This document shows positions 61,727-64,000 of a stretch of 64,000 bases of DNA, piece after piece. The translations under genes and the position numbers were made by a program. The stretch covers positions 1,201-65,200 of the forward strand of contig CALWHN010000001.1 of assembly GCA_944380415.1 (NCBI GenBank), in the 5' to 3' direction. The stretch is from an uncultured Clostridia bacterium. GTDB taxonomy: Bacteria > Bacillota > Clostridia > Christensenellales > UBA1242. Position 1 is the first letter of the stretch, and each line of letters opens with the position of its first letter. Below the pieces are notes generated by a model. The model had not been told where the DNA came from. It did no database searches and saw nothing but the letters and a program-made list of their open reading frames with translations.

Positions 61727-62921
61727 AACAATCGAGAAGAACTTGGAGGGAGTTTTTGCCCATCTTAGCGACGTTGCACTTTTCAATCAAGAAAAAGTTT
61801 TGAAGGCTTTTCAAAAGAACAGGGTCAGCGCGAACAGTTTTTTTGGAACAACGGGATATGGATATGATGATGTTGGACGTCAAACGCTTTCAAAGATCTA
61901 TGCAGATTGCTTTGGGGCAGAAGATGCAATTGTTTCTCCAAATATAACTTGCGGAAGCCATGCGATTACAATTGTTTTGTTTGGACTCTTGCGCCCGGGC
62001 GACACAATGCTTTCCGTTACGGGTAAGCCTTATGACACCTTGGACGAAACAATTTTTGGCGAGAGCGAGGACAATGGCTCACTAAAAGATTTTAACATTT
62101 CATATGAGCAGATAGATTTTTTAGATGGGAAGTTAAATTTGGCCGAAATTGAAAGCCAAGTTTCAAAAATAAAGCCAAAAGTTGTCTACGTTCAGCGTTC
62201 AAGAGGCTATGCTAAAAGAAAAGCGCTTTTAATTTCGGACATAAAGGAAATTGTTGAAATTGTTAGAAAAACAAGCCCAAAAAGCTTTGTTGTTGTTGAC
62301 AATTGCTATGGCGAATTTGTTGAAAAAATGGAGCCAACCGAAGTTGGGGCAGATGTAATTGTTGGCTCGCTAATCAAAAACCCGGGAGGAGGCCTTGCCT
62401 CAACAGGCGGATATATTGCGGGAACAAAGCGGGCAATTGACCTTATTTCTTCGCGCCTAACATCTCCGTCGCTAAAAACCGAAGTTGGCTCATATGAGCG
62501 CGGCTATCGCGAATTTTTCCAAGGCTTTTTCCTTGCGCCCCATGTTGTTAAAGAAGCTTTAAAAGGGGCCTATTTAATTGGCGAAGTTTTGGCACAAAAG
62601 GGGGCGGAAATCTTTCCAGCTTCAACGCAAATTTCTGGAGATATAATAAAGTCTATTGAGTTTAAAACAGAGGAGGAAATGGTTTCCTTCGTTCAAAAAA
62701 TTCAAAAATTTTCGCCAGTTGATAGCTTTGTTACTCCGATGCCTTGGGACATGCCAGGTTACCTTGACCCAATTATAATGGCCGCAGGAACTTTTGTTTC
62801 CGGCGCATCAATCGAGCTTTCATGCGATGGCCCGGTTAAGCCGCCATATATTGCATATTTCCAAGGTGGAATTACCTATGAGCAAATAAAACTTCTTGGA
62901 ATTGAACTTTTAAATGAATAG
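61713..62921 (+). CDS. YnbB / 'aluminium resistance' family PLP-dependent enzyme (Met_gamma_lyase-like)
   Basis: 402-aa ORF. Contains FFGTTGYGYDDVGRQTLSKIYADCFGAEDAIVSPNITCGSHAI and LRPGDTMLSVTGKPYDTLDE, which I recall as characteristic of this family. It overlaps miaA by 14 nt. Confidence 0.65.
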   Translation: METIETIEKNLEGVFAHLSDVALFNQEKVLKAFQKNRVSANSFFGTTGYGYDDVGRQTLSKIYADCFGAEDAIVSPNITCGSHAITIVLFGLLRPGDTMLSVTGKPYDTLDETIFGESEDNGSLKDFNISYEQIDFLDGKLNLAEIESQVSKIKPKVVYVQRSRGYAKRKALLISDIKEIVEIVRKTSPKSFVVVDNCYGEFVEKMEPTEVGADVIVGSLIKNPGGGLASTGGYIAGTKRAIDLISSRLTSPSLKTEVGSYERGYREFFQGFFLAPHVVKEALKGAYLIGEVLAQKGAEIFPASTQISGDIIKSIEFKTEEEMVSFVQKIQKFSPVDSFVTPMPWDMPGYLDPIIMAAGTFVSGASIELSCDGPVKPPYIAYFQGGITYEQIKLLGIELLNE

Positions 62922-62951
62922 ACGCAGCATTGAGGTTTTTCAATAGAATAG

Positions 62952-62977
62952 GCCAAGATGTTTCAGTCTTGGCTTTT
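62952..62977 (+). terminator. Rho-independent terminator after the mutSL-miaA operon
   Basis: The hairpin gccaaga-tgtttcag-tcttggc is followed by TTTT. Confidence 0.65.
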
Positions 62978-63019
62978 AAAAAAACGGTAAAAAACTAATT
63001 AGAAAATTAACAAAAATTG

Positions 63020-63048
63020 TTGACAGTTTCATAAAAATAGTGTAATAT
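63020..63048 (+). promoter_or_regulatory. SigA-type promoter of the tRNA operon
   Basis: TTGACA, a 17-nt spacer ending in TG, then TAATAT. It lies about 20 nt upstream of tRNA-Pro. Confidence 0.65.
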
Positions 63049-63068
63049 AACACTTGCCTGTTATGTTT

Positions 63069-63144
63069 CGGGGTGTAGCGCAGTTGGTAGCGCACGTGGT
63101 TTGGGACCATGGGGCCGGGAGTTCGAGTCTCTTCACCCCGACCA
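63069..63144 (+). tRNA. tRNA-Pro (anticodon TGG), CCA encoded
   Basis: Hand-folded cloverleaf. Acceptor is cggggtg/caccccg, the anticodon loop is ttTGGga, the T-loop is ttcgagt, and the length is 76 nt. Confidence 0.85.
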
Positions 63145-63178
63145 AATAACATAGCAGTTGCCGCAAAAGGATTTTGTC

Positions 63179-63255
63179 GGACCTTTAGCTCAGTTGGTTA
63201 GAGCAACCGGCTCATAACCGGTCGGTCCTAGGTTCGAGTCCTAGAAGGTCCACCA
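63179..63255 (+). tRNA. tRNA with CAT anticodon (elongator Met or lysidine-dependent Ile2), CCA encoded
   Basis: Acceptor is ggacctt/aaggtcc, the anticodon arm is accgg-ctCATaa-ccggt, and the length is 77 nt. It is not an initiator: there is no GGG/CCC anticodon stem, and positions 1 and 72 are paired. Confidence 0.8.
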
Positions 63256-63259
63256 TTGC

Positions 63260-63336
63260 GGCTCGGTAGTTCAGTTGGTTAGAACGCCAGCCTGTCACGC
63301 TGGAGGTCGTGGGTTCGAGCCCCATCCGAGTCGCCA
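63260..63336 (+). tRNA. tRNA-Asp (anticodon GTC), CCA encoded
   Basis: Acceptor is ggctcgg/ccgagtc, the anticodon arm is ccagc-ctGTCac-gctgg, and the length is 77 nt. Confidence 0.85.
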
Positions 63337-63340
63337 TTAT

Positions 63341-63416
63341 GCCTTGATAGCTCAGTCGGTAGAGCAAGGGACTGAAAATCCCTGTGTCGGTGGTTCGATT
63401 CCGCCTCAAGGCACCA
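63341..63416 (+). tRNA. tRNA-Phe (anticodon GAA), CCA encoded
   Basis: Acceptor is gccttga/tcaaggc, the anticodon arm is aggga-ctGAAaa-tccct, the T-arm is ggtgg-ttcgatt-ccgcc, and the length is 76 nt. Confidence 0.9.
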
Positions 63417-63600
63417 ATGTGCATTGAGAAGGAGAGAACCAACAAATCTCCTGAAAGGGAGGGTTCGATTCCGCCTCAAGGCACCAATGTGCATTGAGAG
63501 GAGAGAACCACAAAATCTCCTGAAAGAGAGGGTTCGATTCCGCCTCAAGGCACCAATGTGCATTGAGAGGAGAGAACAAGGGTTCGACTAATCTCAAGCA
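63392..63600 (+). repeat. Tandem array (periods 70, 69 and 50 nt) of tRNA-Phe-derived units
   Basis: An identical 38-nt block, ggttcgattccgcctcaaggcaccaatgtgcattgaga, starts at 63392, 63462 and 63531. A degenerate fourth copy (ggttcgactaatctcaagca) starts at 63581. The inter-block segments are near-identical to each other. Confidence 0.9.
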
Positions 63601-63613
63601 TAAGCCGCAGCTA

Positions 63614-63698
63614 GGTTGGGTTGTAGAGTGGTCAAATACATCAGACTGTAAATCTGACGCCTCCGGCTTCGATGGTTCGAATCCATCCCCAACCACCA
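63614..63698 (+). tRNA. tRNA-Tyr (anticodon GTA), class II long variable arm, CCA encoded
   Basis: Acceptor is ggttggg/cccaacc, the anticodon arm is tcaga-ctGTAaa-tctga, the variable arm is 13 nt, the T-arm is gatgg-ttcgaat-ccatc, and the length is 85 nt. Confidence 0.85.
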
Positions 63699-63732
63699 AT
63701 AAAATTAATTGCTTTTAATTGGCAAATAAGAA

Positions 63733-63757
63733 AGGGCAAAACATTGCTCTTTATTTT
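63733..63757 (+). terminator. Candidate terminator of the tRNA operon
   Basis: The hairpin agggcaa-aaca-ttgctct (7 bp, one G-U pair) is followed by ttatttta. Confidence 0.45.
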
Positions 63758-64000
63758 ATGCCAATTCTCAACCCAAAACGCCTTTAAATTTTCCGGATAT
63801 TGATAAAAACCTTTTAAAAAACAAAGGAAAGGGCAATAAACACGAGGGCGATAATTACACAATTTCTATAATATTTTCTCATATAATTATCTTATCAGAA
63901 GAAATTTTTGATTTAAACGGGAAAACTGGCAATTTATGTCGAAATATGGCAAATAATAAACGATATTTGGAGGCGTGGCGGATTGTTATAAAAAACTTTC

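Noticed and set aside
63392-63600. The repeat-spacer-repeat layout (38-nt identical blocks separated by ~31-nt segments) superficially resembles a small CRISPR array.
   Set aside because: The 'spacers' are near-identical to one another, and the repeat is the 3' end of the adjacent tRNA-Phe. There are only three full copies, and no cas genes are in the window.
63212-63862. Minus-strand ORFs over the tRNA cluster (63212..63445, 63279..63563, 63406..63699, 63641..63862), with the repeated peptide MHIGALRRNRT.
   Set aside because: They lie antisense to well-folded tRNA genes. Their internal repetition simply mirrors the tRNA-Phe-derived DNA repeat, and they have no RBS.
63814-63882. A 22-codon minus-strand ORF (MRKYYRNCVIIALVFIALSFVF), considered as a possible small hydrophobic peptide or type I toxin.
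   Set aside because: It has no Shine-Dalgarno sequence and no recognisable promoter or antisense partner. It is too short to support from sequence alone.

Overview
This 64-kb chromosomal window comes from a low-GC, Gram-positive-type genome (Bacillota/Clostridia-like). That call rests on the miaB-mutS-mutL-miaA synteny, Shine-Dalgarno sites, near-consensus TTGACA-17-TATAAT promoters, and CCA-encoding tRNA genes. It is not a database identification. Core genes I recognise from motifs are valS, cca, gyrB and gyrA (separated by a GNAT and a small MazG-like gene), a ttcA-like PP-loop ATPase, rpoB, rpoC, a miaB-like methylthiotransferase, mutS, mutL, miaA, a YnbB-family PLP enzyme, and a tRNA operon (Pro, Met/Ile2-CAT, Asp, Phe, Tyr). 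Four non-core regions stand out. (1) At the left edge, a very AT-rich four-gene operon encodes two radical SAM enzymes (one SPASM-type, one with a B12-binding-like domain) flanked by two P-loop nucleotide-kinase-fold proteins. I cannot match this combination to a described system. (2) A membrane-protein gene is broken by a +1 frameshift inside a G7 tract in its signal-peptide region, making it a phase-variation candidate. It sits beside a lipoprotein gene and a GT8/GT4 glycosyltransferase pair. (3) Two adjacent giant lipoprotein genes (6454 and 3251 aa) span 29.1 kb, about 45% of the window. They are built from Ig-like segments and many GLUG-type (GG[ILV][VA]G) repeat modules, and they contain a perfect 36-bp in-frame duplication and an abruptly truncated last module. 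(4) Three tandem ~70-bp copies of a tRNA-Phe-derived unit fill the gap between tRNA-Phe and tRNA-Tyr, each keeping a perfect T-loop/3' acceptor/CCA block. No transposase, integrase, CRISPR array or rRNA is visible. All calls come from reading the sequence and the ORF track by eye; no searches were run.
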